Source: Acidobacteriota bacterium
GTDB taxonomy: Bacteria > Acidobacteriota > UBA890 > WLXD01
Assembly: GCA_963666215.2 (NCBI GenBank)
Contig: CAXWPL010000004.1
Coordinates: forward strand, 192,001-256,000
Length of the DNA stretch: 64,000 nt
Direction: 5' to 3'
Shown here: in pieces, positions 44,966 through 55,094 of the stretch
Layout: each line of letters starts with the position of its first letter
Numbering within the stretch: the stretch's first letter is position 1
Position numbers and translations under genes: made by a program
Notes under the pieces: generated by a model
The model's input: only the letters and a program-made list of their open reading frames with translations
Databases searched by the model: none
Told to the model about the DNA's origin: nothing

Positions 44966-46327
44966 ATGCGAATCGGTGTTCGTCGGATTGAGCCGGGCAA
45001 GAGCGGGTTCCGTACCAGAGGCGCTGCTCTCGTCGGCGCGGCGATCGCCGTTCTGTCGACGTCGCCGCTGGCGGCGAGCCCCCAACAATGGCGCCAAACA
45101 CAGGCCGACTCGTACACGCGCTACGAGCTGCAGGCACCCGGCTCCGGAGCCTTTCGCATTATTTACGACGTCAGCGCTACAACGGCCGGGGCAACTCGCT
45201 ACTTTAACGGCATCCGCGAGGGCGCCGAAGAGGAAGTCCACGGGGTCACCGATCTGGCGACCGGCGCGCCTCTCCCGTGGCGTGTCGTTAATGGCATGGA
45301 GGCGCGCGAAAGCGGCCTCGGCAACGCACGCGACGAGAGCCACTACATCGAAGTGCTTCTGGCGAGGCCGGTCGCCGAAGATGGCCAGGGCCGAGTTCGC
45401 ATCGACAAGACCTACGTCGACGCCGCCTCGTACTTTGTCGACGGTGAAGACGTCGTCTTTTCGCGCTCGCTCGGCATCAGGCGCAACTCGGTCGTGCTGC
45501 CTCCGGGCTACGAGCTGGTGCGCGCTAACTACCCGTCGCAGGTCGACGTCGAGGACGACGGTCGCCTTCGGGTGAGCTTCATGGGCCGTGGCCCTGGCGC
45601 CGTGGACTACGAGGTACGCGCGCGGCCGCTGGCTGCCGCCGCGGCAGACGCGCTCGCCAGCAACGCCGAACCGGCCCGCGACAGCGCGATGGCGGCCGAG
45701 CTGCGGAGAACGCGCGAGGCCGCCGGAGCCGACGGCGGACCCAGCACCGCGGCCGCCCGCGCCGAGTATCGGTTTAGCGAGCGCGCCTTTCAGGACCGCG
45801 ACATCACCTACTTCCTGCAGCAGCCCGAGAGCCATTCGTTCCGTCTGTACCACGACTACACCGAAACCCGGCCTGGCATGGACCGGTACCTGAACATCGT
45901 CCGTCCCGGCAGCCGTGCGTCGGACCCGTCGGCGAGCATTCTCGACACCGGCGAGCAGCTGGTGGTCGAAACGCTGCGCGGCCACGCGATCGCCGAGCGC
46001 GAGATCCTTCCGGCAGACCAGGTCGACGACAGCACCGAGGTGGTCGTGATCTGGTTCGACCCGATCCGCGACGGCGGTTCCGCGCGACTACGCATCTGGG
46101 AGACGTACACCGACCCGAACCGCTACGTGCTCGCCGGCGACGAGCTGGTTTGGGACCGTGGGTTCGGACGGCCGCGCAACGCCGTCGTGCTGCCCGAGGG
46201 CTGGTTTCTTACCTCGAGCTCGATACCCGCGGTCGTCGACGAAACCGACGACGGCCGTGTACGCCTTTACTTCGAGAACGATCGGCCGGGCAACATCCAG
46301 GTATTCCTGAAGGGTCGCCGACGCTGA
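44966..46327 (+). CDS. Secreted hypothetical protein with two homologous domains
   Basis: Signal peptide; Y.LQ.P....FR...D...RN.VVLP.G..L...DDGR.R..F occurs twice. Confidence 0.78.
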   Translation: MRIGVRRIEPGKSGFRTRGAALVGAAIAVLSTSPLAASPQQWRQTQADSYTRYELQAPGSGAFRIIYDVSATTAGATRYFNGIREGAEEEVHGVTDLATGAPLPWRVVNGMEARESGLGNARDESHYIEVLLARPVAEDGQGRVRIDKTYVDAASYFVDGEDVVFSRSLGIRRNSVVLPPGYELVRANYPSQVDVEDDGRLRVSFMGRGPGAVDYEVRARPLAAAAADALASNAEPARDSAMAAELRRTREAAGADGGPSTAAARAEYRFSERAFQDRDITYFLQQPESHSFRLYHDYTETRPGMDRYLNIVRPGSRASDPSASILDTGEQLVVETLRGHAIAEREILPADQVDDSTEVVVIWFDPIRDGGSARLRIWETYTDPNRYVLAGDELVWDRGFGRPRNAVVLPEGWFLTSSSIPAVVDETDDGRVRLYFENDRPGNIQVFLKGRRR

Positions 46328-46367
46328 GTGGGCGGCGACACCACGCAACAGCAGACCGAACATCACC

Positions 46368-46661
46368 ATGACCAACACGGAAGCAGCGATCCACGCGATG
46401 GTCGACCGCGAGACGCGTGCATGGAATGAGCGCGACGCCCCCGCGCTCGCCGACCTCTGTCATCCCGACATGGTCTGGCCGTGGCCTCCGAACGCTGGCT
46501 CGCACGACCCGGTGACCTGGTGTGCCGGGTTCGGCCGCTACGACCGCGCACGCTGGACCGCCGAGTGGCAAGAGCTCTTCGAGCGACCCCAGGGGCGGAG
46601 AGCTCCGGGCCTGGAGCGAGAGTCGCCAGGCCCACGCAGGCGTCATACGACGGTCTCGTAG
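46368..46661 (+). pseudogene. SnoaL/NTF2-like protein, C-terminally truncated
   Basis: MVDRETRAWN..D...L....HPDMVWPWPP...W...WQELF followed by unrelated-looking sequence. Confidence 0.55.
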
Positions 46662-46715
46662 TGTCGCACCCGGTGCCACGGCGTGGCGCCAAGGTCGCAC
46701 CAGCGTCGCGCTAGT

Positions 46716-47758
46716 TGTGAGTTCTAGGTAGGTTGTTCACGAACTCACCCCTGAGAGCCGAGCGATCGGCGGTGTCATGCCGATGCCGGCGTGGGGGCGG
46801 TGACGATTGTAGTGGTTGAGCCAGGGCCGTAGAGCTCGAGTACGTCGAGCTGAGGTCTGGTAGCAGGTGCCGTAGGCCCACTGCTCCTTGAGTGTGCGGA
46901 TGAAGCGTTCGGCTTTGCCGTTGGTTCTGGGGGTGTAGGGCCGGGTGTAAATGTGCCGGATCTCGAGTTGATGGCATAGGCGATTGAAGCGCTTCGAGAC
47001 GTAGCCAGGCCCGTTGTCTGTCATCACTCGGCGCACCGCTACTCCCATCGAAGCGAAGTGCTCGACGGCTCGCTGCAGGAACGCTGTGCAGGTGTGTTGG
47101 TCTTCGGCGGGCAGCACTTCGACGTACGCCACCCGAGAGTGATCGTCGATAGCGACGTGGGCGTTCTCCCAGCCGACGCCGTAGGCCCGCTTGGAGCGGT
47201 CGCCGTGGATGCGGTGTCCAGGTCGCCGGATACGGGCCAGTTTCTTCGTATCCAGGTGCAGTAGGTCACCGGGGTGCTCGTACTCGTAGCGAACGATCTC
47301 GGGCTTGGGCTCGAGCGCATCAAGCTTGGCGAGTCCGAGCCGCTTCAGCCACGCCGAGACGGTCGAGCGCGGCACAGCCAACCTTCGGCTGATCTGCCAG
47401 GCCGTCAGTCGCCGCCGACGTAGCTTGTCGATCTGCCTCACAACTCCAGCGCTTGTTGCGTGCGGACAGCACGTCGGCCGGCTTGATCGATCGAGCAGCC
47501 CGGCCTCACCTTCTCGCTCGTATCTATCCAGCCACTTGTAAACCGTTCGAGCCGACACGCCGAGCGCCGCCGCCGTTTCCGTCACGGGCTCCGCCCGCTC
47601 CCGGACTCGGCGGACCATCTCTCGGCGTATATACGGCATCGTGCGGGCGTTACCATGCAGCTGCATCGGGCGCTCCTTCTGAGGTCGTGGAGTCTTTTGA
47701 ACAACCCCATTGATCTCAGAAGTGAGCCCCGATGTGAACAACCTACTTAGAAAACACA
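46716..47758 (-). mobile_element. IS481-family insertion sequence (1043 bp)
   Basis: 25-bp imperfect TIRs (TGTGAGTTCTAGGTAGGTTGTTCAC at 46716-46740; reverse complement TGTGTTTTCTAAGTAGGTTGTTCAC at 47734-47758); 6-bp direct repeat GCTAGT at 46710-46715 and 47759-47764. Confidence 0.95.
46737..47666 (-). CDS. IS481-family DDE transposase
   Basis: AAGGAG RBS; HGNAR, HTH, LDRSSRP, HLDTKKL, AIDDHSR, TDNG, NGKAERF, YNRHRPH. Confidence 0.95.
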   Translation of the reverse strand: MQLHGNARTMPYIRREMVRRVRERAEPVTETAAALGVSARTVYKWLDRYEREGEAGLLDRSSRPTCCPHATSAGVVRQIDKLRRRRLTAWQISRRLAVPRSTVSAWLKRLGLAKLDALEPKPEIVRYEYEHPGDLLHLDTKKLARIRRPGHRIHGDRSKRAYGVGWENAHVAIDDHSRVAYVEVLPAEDQHTCTAFLQRAVEHFASMGVAVRRVMTDNGPGYVSKRFNRLCHQLEIRHIYTRPYTPRTNGKAERFIRTLKEQWAYGTCYQTSARRTRALRPWLNHYNRHRPHAGIGMTPPIARLSGVSS

Positions 47759-47759
47759 G

Positions 47760-48593
47760 CTAGTCGGGGGCGCCGTGATCCGAGTTTGAGTCCTGCCGGG
47801 CAAAGGGCATCCAGAGCAGCCGCGGCAAGCTGCGCCAGCTCGCGCTACGGAAAATCGGCAGCCCGAGGGCCATATCGAGGTGCCCCTTCTCGGGCTGGTC
47901 GCGGTAGGTGCGAAACAGCCGGTCCCAGCAGGAGAGATTGAACCCGAAGTTGCGGTTGTGCTCGACACCGTCCACCGAGTGGTGGATCCGATGCATGTCC
48001 GGCGTGACGATCGCCCAACGGAGAGTGCGATCGATACCGCCCGGAATGTGGACGTTCGAGTGGTTGAACATCGCCAACCCGTTGAGCATCACCTCGAACA
48101 CGAGAACCGCCAGCAGAGGAGGTCCGAGAACGGCGATCGCGGCCATCTTGATCGCCATCGAGGCGACGATCTCGAGCGGATGGAACCGGAGCCCGGTGGT
48201 GACGTCGACGTGTACGTCCGTGTGGTGCACCAGATGAAGACGCCAGAGCACGGGTACCGCGTGGAAAACCACATGCTGAACGTAAATGGCCAGGTCGAGC
48301 AGTACGATCGACGCGAGCAGCGCTACCCAGGCAGGTGCCTCCAGACGATGAAACAGGCCCCAGCCGGCTCGCTCAGCCGTCAAGGCCATCCCCATGGCAG
48401 CGGCGGGGAACACCAGACGCTGGGTCAGGCTGTCGAGAACCATGACGCCGAGGTTCGTGACCCAGCGGCTGCCGCGCTCAGCTGCCAGCTCTCGGCGCGC
48501 CGCCAGCAGCTCCCAGATCGCCATGAGGCCGAAGACTCCGAGAAAAACCCCGAGTCGCACGCCGCCCTGAATGCTCAGCAGCCATTCGTCCAT
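47760..48593 (-). CDS. Sterol desaturase / fatty acid hydroxylase family
   Basis: His boxes QHVVFH, HLVHH, FNHSN, HRIHH; NFGFNLSCWDRLF. Confidence 0.9.
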   Translation of the reverse strand: MDEWLLSIQGGVRLGVFLGVFGLMAIWELLAARRELAAERGSRWVTNLGVMVLDSLTQRLVFPAAAMGMALTAERAGWGLFHRLEAPAWVALLASIVLLDLAIYVQHVVFHAVPVLWRLHLVHHTDVHVDVTTGLRFHPLEIVASMAIKMAAIAVLGPPLLAVLVFEVMLNGLAMFNHSNVHIPGGIDRTLRWAIVTPDMHRIHHSVDGVEHNRNFGFNLSCWDRLFRTYRDQPEKGHLDMALGLPIFRSASWRSLPRLLWMPFARQDSNSDHGAPD

Positions 48594-48699
48594 CGCGTAA
48601 TCTCCGGCCGCGCGAGCCGCGTCATAGGAGCCCGGTTCGCGCCATCCATCGTTTTCGGCCGCGCCGGCGCGATAAACTCGCGGCTTCCGGAGCGAGCCC

Positions 48700-49767
48700 A
48701 TGCGGCGAACACGAATCAGTCTACTTCTGTGGGTCCTGCCGTGGACCGTCGCCGCCACCAGTGTGCCATTTGGCGGCGGTCAGACCGAACGAGCCGACGC
48801 GACGCGCCCGCCGCCGATTCTCGTGCGCGCGGCCTACGCTCCGGTGCTACAACGCGACTCGAGCTGGCAGCCGGAATTCCGTTGCGCCCTGGCGCGTGCC
48901 AGCAGGCTGCTCGAAGGAGTACTGGGCCGCGAGTTGCAGCTCATCGGCCGCGCGCCTTGGAAGTTCGGGGGGCTGAGCACCGACCTCTACGAGCTCCGCG
49001 CCGACATCGGCAAGACGGTCGATCCTGATGGGGCCGATCTGGTGATTGGCCTCGCCACCCAGCAACCGCGAGGCGCGACACCATCGGGGGCCGTCATCTA
49101 TCGAGAAAACGGCCTGGCAGGCTATTCATCTGGATCGGTGGTTCTCCGCGTCGGGCCCGGCGACCTGTGTGACGCACACCGGCTCATGGCCCACGAGATC
49201 GCCCACGTTTTCGGCGGCGTGCACCGAAATGGGGCTGGCAATCTGATGAACCGCGGCCAGCCCGGCGACATCATCGACCCGCTGAACGCCGAGCTGCTGG
49301 CGCTACATCGCGACCGCCGAGTGCGGCTCGATCCGCCGCCTTTGCAACGCGACGACCTGCGAATGTTATGGAGGCTCGCCAGCGCCTCGCTGGAGTCCGC
49401 GGAAACCTGGACCCGCGTTGGCTATCTCGCCACCAAGATGGAGATGCCGCACGACGCGATACGGTTCTATCAGCGGGCGCGCGATCTGGACCCGGAGTCA
49501 GGAACCGCGTGGATAACCCTCGGCCACGCGCTGTTGCGGCTGGAGCGCTTCGACGAGGCCGAGCGATCCTACCTGGAGGCGCTACGCCTCGGATCCGACG
49601 AAGGCATCGTGCAGAACAATTTGGCGGTGGTGTGCCTCAGCACGGGCCGTCCGGAGGAAGCCGCGGTGCGCGCGCGCCGGGCTCTCGAGCTCGGCTTCGA
49701 CGTGCCGCCGGGTCTCATCGGAGCCATCGAGCAGGCGACCGGAAGACGATTCGATCGCGGCACCTGA
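48700..49767 (+). CDS. Secreted metzincin-like zinc protease with C-terminal TPRs
   Basis: HEIAHVFGGVH (HExxHxxGxxH) followed by Met-turn NLM; three TPRs. Confidence 0.72.
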   Translation: MRRTRISLLLWVLPWTVAATSVPFGGGQTERADATRPPPILVRAAYAPVLQRDSSWQPEFRCALARASRLLEGVLGRELQLIGRAPWKFGGLSTDLYELRADIGKTVDPDGADLVIGLATQQPRGATPSGAVIYRENGLAGYSSGSVVLRVGPGDLCDAHRLMAHEIAHVFGGVHRNGAGNLMNRGQPGDIIDPLNAELLALHRDRRVRLDPPPLQRDDLRMLWRLASASLESAETWTRVGYLATKMEMPHDAIRFYQRARDLDPESGTAWITLGHALLRLERFDEAERSYLEALRLGSDEGIVQNNLAVVCLSTGRPEEAAVRARRALELGFDVPPGLIGAIEQATGRRFDRGT

Positions 49768-49871
49768 GCTGCCGGGAGTCGCCCGCCATGTCCCGGGCGA
49801 GAGAACCGCGAAGCACCCCCCCCCCGGGGAAGCGCCGGCCAAGAACACCCAGGTCGAAGCGGAGAACGAGC

Positions 49872-50370
49872 TCAGTCTTGCCGCAAGGTCGTCGCCGGGT
49901 CGATCCGGGTTGCACGCGATGCTGGCACCAGGCTGGCGCCCGCGGTCGCAATCAACAGCAGCAAGGCCCCAATCAGCACTGGAATCGGCTGGACGGGAGC
50001 GATGCCCTGGACCTCAGAGCGAACCAGGGCGGTGAGCGGAACTGCAACAACAAGACCGACCGCCAGCCCGATCAGCGCCAGCCGCATCCCGTCGTGGAAC
50101 ACCCGCCGCACCACCTGTGCCGGTCGCGCTCCAACAGCGAGGCGTACCGCCACTTCTCGCGTGCGCTGCGAGACCAGGTACGAGACCACGCCGTAAAGGC
50201 CCAGCAGCGCCAACGCCAGCCCGAAGCCGCCGGCCTAGGCGAGGCCGACCGCGATAAAGCGGACAAACAGGAACTGGAAGTTCATCAGCTCATCGAGCGA
50301 ACGCGGTGTAACCAGGACAAAGTTCGGCTCGTTGGGCAGCACCGTGGTGCGCATGAGCTCCAAGATCGCA
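49872..50370 (-). pseudogene. FtsX/MacB-like ABC permease C-terminal fragment with in-frame TAG
   Basis: LALLGLYGVVSYLVSQRTREVAVRLAVGA...PASRATRIDP; TAG at 50235-50237; 5' part missing. Confidence 0.75.
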
Positions 50371-50410
50371 CCGGTTCCGGCGCCCGGGCGGCCCTTCGAG
50401 CAGCGCTCGT

Positions 50411-50923
50411 ATGCCAATCGCCAACGGGTTGTTCGCGTCGTTGGTGTACCGCGACGTCGCCGACCAACTCGAGGGCCGCTTGGGCACCGAGCTCATCCGC
50501 ATCCGGAACCTGTTCCAAGCGGTGGGCCCCGGATCGCTCATCCTTCTCGACGAGCTGTGCTCCGGCACCAATCCGTCGGAGGCCGCCGAGATCGTCGTGA
50601 CGGTTCTGCGACTGCTCGAGAAGCTCAACCCCATCGCTTTCGTAACCACACACTTCCTCGACCTGGCTCGCAAGCTCGAGAGCTCCCCGCCCGTTCAAAA
50701 CCTGGGCTCTCTGCAGGTTCAGATCAACGAGCAGCAGCGGTCGACCTATCAGTTCGTGCGCGGTGTTGCCGACACGTCCATGGCCGTCGGCACCGCACGT
50801 CGACTGGGTGTGGACTTCGAACAGCTCAGCCAGCTCATCGATACACGCGCGCGCCGCGGCGCAGACTCAATCGAGGAGCCCGTGAACGTCGAGGGTTCCG
50901 CTTCGAGCACTGGCGTCCAATAA
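50411..50923 (+). pseudogene. MutS-like ATPase C-terminal fragment
   Basis: EGRLGTEL, LILLDELCSGTNPSE, VTTHF, GVADTS.A; Walker A and N-terminus absent. Confidence 0.72.
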
Positions 50924-50941
50924 GGTCGCGAGGCCCCCTTC

Positions 50942-51454
50942 ATGGAAATCCGACTCGGCACCTGCACCGTGCGCTCGTGGCGACGCAGCGATGCCGATCT
51001 CATCGTTCCGCACGCCGATAACCGTCAGGTTTGACTGAACCTCCGTGATCGCTTCCCGCACCCGTATACACGCGCCGACGCCGAGGCGTTCATCGACCAC
51101 TCGCTGAGCGTCGAGCCGGAAACAAGCTTCGCGATCGAGGTCGACAACCGGCCTGTCGGCGGCATCGGGTTCATGCTGCAACCGGATGTCGAGCGCGTCG
51201 GAGCCGAGATCGGGTACTGGCTTGGTGAAACCTGCTGGGGCCGCGGCATCGTCAGCGAGGCGCTGGTTGCGGTAACCCACTACGCCATCAGCACGTACAG
51301 CCTCACACGAGTGTTTGCCCTACCGTTCGCCACCAACGCCGCTTCAGCACGCGTGCTGCAGAAGGCCGGCTACACGCTGGAGGGAGTGTTACGGCGCAGC
51401 GCCATCAAGGACGGCGTGGTGCTCGACCAGCTGATGTACGCCTACGTGCCATGA
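50942..51454 (+). pseudogene. RimJ/RimL GNAT acetyltransferase with in-frame TGA
   Basis: MEIRL...ADNRQV*LNLRDRFPHPYT...EIGYWLG..CWGRG...N.ASARVL.K.G; TGA at 51032-51034 where Trp fits the family pattern. Confidence 0.78.
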
Positions 51455-51502
51455 GGTACGAGCGCGGGGCACAGCGGCGCGGAACTGCCGCCCACGACCC
51501 GC

Positions 51503-52315
51503 CTAGGCGTTGCCGTTCGGTTGGGCGCGAGAATGGATGGCGAACATGGCGCCCTGTGGATCCCGGCACTGCGCCACGCGATCGCCGCCGGGGATCTCCA
51601 TCGGTCCGTTGAGAACCTGGCCGCCGTTCTCCTTGACGAGCGCAGCCACGCGATCAACGTCGTCCACCATGGCGTAGTACAGCCAGTTCGGCGGCATCTC
51701 GGCGGGCATGTCGGGCGTCTTGTTGAACATCCCCCCGAGCGGCATTCCGTTGCGGCCGTACATCTGGTAGACGCCCATCTCCCCCATATCCATGGTGTCG
51801 GTCTTCTCCCAGTCGAACAGCTGCGTGTAGAAAGCGTACGCCGCCTCGTAGTCGGTGGTGGTGAGCTCGTGCCAGGAGAACACACCCGGCTTCGGTGGAC
51901 CGTCTTAGCCTGGAGCCGATCCCGACTCTGCGGCGGTGAAGGCAGCGAACACCGCCCCCTGCGGGTCGAGCAGGATGGCAAAGCGACCAACACCCGGAAT
52001 GTCCTGAGGCGGCATCATCACGACGCCGCCGAGCTCCACGGCTTGCTGCGCGGTGGCATCCACGTCGGGCGTGTAGATGTAGGCCAGCCAGTGCGGTGAT
52101 GATCCGGCTTCGACGGCCTCCGGCGGCAGCTGCATGACGCCGCCGATCAAGCAGTCGCCATTCGTCCACATCATGTAGGCCCGGTCGCCGCCGTCGCCTG
52201 ACCACGCTGTTGTGTCCCAGCCGACGACTTCCTTGTAGAAAGCGATCGAAGCCGCGGGGTCGGTGGACATCAGGTCATACCAAACGAACCGGCCGCGGGC
52301 CGCGGGGTCGGTCAT
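51503..52315 (-). pseudogene. Two-domain VOC family protein with in-frame TAA in the linker
   Basis: GRFVWYDL...DPQGA and FSWHEL...DPQGA halves in the same frame; TAA at 51905-51907. Confidence 0.75.
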
Positions 52316-52654
52316 CGTGTCACTCCGTGTAGATCGTTGAGCTGGCTGATTGCAACAATAACGGTGTCGAGGTCGTCGTGCGGCGGCAGCGCCCTGTGTG
52401 ACGATTTCTTCGCGGATCGGCGCCGGCTGAGTATGCCCGATCCGCATCGGAAACACCCTCCGGGACAACCGTCCAGACTGCGACGGAAGCGCCGCACCGC
52501 CGTGCTAAGCTCGTTCGATCTTCGTCCTTCTTTGTTTGTTGGGGAGACCGCGCCGCGCCGGCGGAGAGAGCTTGGCGAGAGTCCGAGAAGGCTCTCGGAT
52601 CCCCGAAACCTCGTACCACGAACCGCGACCCGCGTCGCATCAGGAGAGCATCGC

Positions 52655-52756
52655 ATGGGCAGAGGCGACCAGCGCACGAAGCGCGGCAAGATTTTCGCCG
52701 GCAGTCATGGCGTAACGCGCCCCAAGCCAAAGAACAAGAAGGCAAAGAAAGCCTAG
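52655..52756 (+). CDS. 30S ribosomal protein bTHX (THX family)
   Basis: AGGAG RBS at 52642-52646; MGRGDQRTKRGKIFAGSHGVTRPK matches the THX pattern MGKGDxxTxRGKIxxGxxGxxRP; 33 aa. Confidence 0.88.
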   Translation: MGRGDQRTKRGKIFAGSHGVTRPKPKNKKAKKA

Positions 52757-52926
52757 GCGGGTCCACCGGCCCTGGTATCGGGCGTGTTGAGCAGCCCTGG
52801 ATGCAGATGCCGCACGCGCCGACCACCGCGAGTAGCTCCACCCCATCTCACCGCCGCCTGGCGGCTCGGCTGCCGTAACTTTTCCCGCGGCCGACACGCC
52901 GCGACACCTCTTCCGCGGAGTACCCC

Positions 52927-55086
52927 ATGCGCCACCGCCCGGCCCGCCTGCGTCAGCTGACGTCCTGCGCCTCTCGCCTCCTCCTGACGACTGCGGTCAT
53001 GCTGTCGCCAGCGTCATCGATGCTGGCCGCCGGAGCCGCCATGCCGGCGCACGCTACCGGCAACCCGAAGCACTTCCAGCCGATGGACGTGTTCCAGCTC
53101 GAGTACGCCGCAGACCCGCAGATCTCGCCCGACGGCAGCCGCATTGTCTACGTCCGCAATTTCATGGACGTCATGTCCGACGGCACGCACTCGAATCTCT
53201 GGATGATCGACGTGGCAACGGGCGAACAGCGGCCGCTCACCTCCGGCAACAACAGCAACTTCTCGCCGCGCTGGTCGCCCGACGGAAGCAAGCTCCTCTA
53301 CGTCTCCACCGAGGAGGGCGGTGCTCAGCTTTGGATGCGGTGGATGGATACGGGCCAGACGGCCAAGATCAGCAACCTCACCGCCTCTCCGGGCGCGGTG
53401 ACCTGGTCGCCGGATGGACGATGGATCTCGATGTCGATGTTCGTGCCGGGTTTCTCGGACGCCGACAACACTCTCGAGCTCAACGTCGAGCTACCTTCAC
53501 CCCCGAGCGGCGCAACCTGGGCACCTCCCGCCAAGGTCATCTCCAAGATGACCTACCGTGCCGACGGCGCGGGCTACCTACCGGACGGCTTCAACCACCT
53601 GTTCGTAGTCCCCGCCGATGGCGGCTCGCCGCGACAACTCACCAGCGGCGACTTCAACCACTTCGGCCACTCCTGGACGCCCGACAGCGAACACCTGGTC
53701 CTCGCCGCTAACCGCCACGACGAGTGGCGGTACGACCCCGCCGATTCGGAGATTTTCGAGCTCGAGCTCGCCAGCGGCGAGATGCGCGCACTGACCAGCC
53801 GCCACGGGCCGGACAACTCGCCGCAGGTCTCGCCCGACGGCAGCCAGATTCTCTACACCGGCAACGACGAGACCTACCAGGGCTACAACATCAACGAGCT
53901 GTACGTCATGAACCGCGACGGCTCGGGTATGCGGCGTTTGATCGGTCAGTTCGACCGCAGCGTCGGGGGAGCGCGTTGGGCCGCCGACGGCGACGGCATC
54001 TGGTTCCAGTACGACGATGCTGGCAACACCAAGGTCGCGTTCGTGGCAGTGGCGCAGGGCGCCGAGCCGGAGGTCGTGGCGCGCGACGTGGGCGGCCTGT
54101 CGATTGGCAGGCCCTATGCCGGCGGCCAGTTCTCGTTGTCGAGCGACGGCGCTGTGGCGTTCACCTACTCTCGTCCGGATCATCCCGCCGATGTCGCGCT
54201 AACGACAGCCGGCGGCGAGATGAGGCGCCTCACCTGGCTCAATCAGGATCTCCTCGGCCACAAGCAGCTCGGCGCCACCGAAGAGATGTGGTGGGAGTCG
54301 TCGGCCGACGGGCGCCGCGTGCAGGGCTGGATCGTCACTCCGCCCGACTTCGATGCCTCGAAGAAGTACCCGATGATCCTGGAGATCCACGGCGGGCCGT
54401 TTGCCAACTACGGCGACCGGTTCGCAGCCGAGATCCAGCTCATGGCCGCGGCAGGCTACGTGGTGCTCTACACAAACCCGCGCGGCTCGACTTCATACGG
54501 CCAGGAGTTCGGAAACCTCATCCACCACAACTATCCGGGCGAAGACTACGACGACCTGATCTCGGGAGTCGACTCCTTGATCGCCAAGGGCTACGTCGAC
54601 CCCGATCAGCTGTTCGTAACCGGCGGCTCCGGCGGCGGCGTGCTCACTGCCTGGATCGTCGGTCACACCAACCGCTTCGCTGCCGCGGTGTCGGCCAAGC
54701 CCGTGATCAATTGGTACAGCTTCGTCCTCACCGCCGACAACCCGGGCTTCTTCTACAAGTACTGGTTCCCCGGCCTGCCCTGGGACCACGCCGAGCAGTA
54801 CCTGCAGCGCTCGCCACTGCATCACGTCGGCAACGTCACCACGCCCACCATGCTGCTGACCGGCGAGCAGGACTACCGCACGCCGATCTCGGAGACCGAG
54901 CAGTTCTATGCCGCTCTCCAGCTCATGAAGGTGCCTACGGCAATGGTGCGGATCCCCGAGGCGTCGCACGGCATTGCTTCGCGGCCGAGCAACTTGATCT
55001 CGAAGGTCGCCCATATCCTCGCGTGGTTCGAGAAGTACCGAGCTCATCAAGGCGCCGACGACATGCCCACAAACAGCGCCGAATAG
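52927..55086 (+). CDS. S9 family peptidase (acylaminoacyl/dipeptidyl peptidase-like)
   Basis: Beta-propeller with SPDG repeats; IHGGP, nucleophile GGSGGG, catalytic Asp (QDYRT) and His (SHG). Confidence 0.92.
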   Translation: MRHRPARLRQLTSCASRLLLTTAVMLSPASSMLAAGAAMPAHATGNPKHFQPMDVFQLEYAADPQISPDGSRIVYVRNFMDVMSDGTHSNLWMIDVATGEQRPLTSGNNSNFSPRWSPDGSKLLYVSTEEGGAQLWMRWMDTGQTAKISNLTASPGAVTWSPDGRWISMSMFVPGFSDADNTLELNVELPSPPSGATWAPPAKVISKMTYRADGAGYLPDGFNHLFVVPADGGSPRQLTSGDFNHFGHSWTPDSEHLVLAANRHDEWRYDPADSEIFELELASGEMRALTSRHGPDNSPQVSPDGSQILYTGNDETYQGYNINELYVMNRDGSGMRRLIGQFDRSVGGARWAADGDGIWFQYDDAGNTKVAFVAVAQGAEPEVVARDVGGLSIGRPYAGGQFSLSSDGAVAFTYSRPDHPADVALTTAGGEMRRLTWLNQDLLGHKQLGATEEMWWESSADGRRVQGWIVTPPDFDASKKYPMILEIHGGPFANYGDRFAAEIQLMAAAGYVVLYTNPRGSTSYGQEFGNLIHHNYPGEDYDDLISGVDSLIAKGYVDPDQLFVTGGSGGGVLTAWIVGHTNRFAAAVSAKPVINWYSFVLTADNPGFFYKYWFPGLPWDHAEQYLQRSPLHHVGNVTTPTMLLTGEQDYRTPISETEQFYAALQLMKVPTAMVRIPEASHGIASRPSNLISKVAHILAWFEKYRAHQGADDMPTNSAE

Positions 55087-55094
55087 GACTGCCC

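Noticed and set aside
49816-49829. Long C run followed by GGGG between convergent genes as a terminator
   Set aside because: No proper loop or U-tract, and the homopolymer length is unreliable.
51032-51034. TGA at a Trp-like position suggesting an alternative genetic code or selenocysteine
   Set aside because: Intact genes end in TGA right after conserved C-termini (for example dnaE2 SRDFH), TGG is used throughout, and there is no Cys-motif context. A TGG-to-TGA change is simpler.
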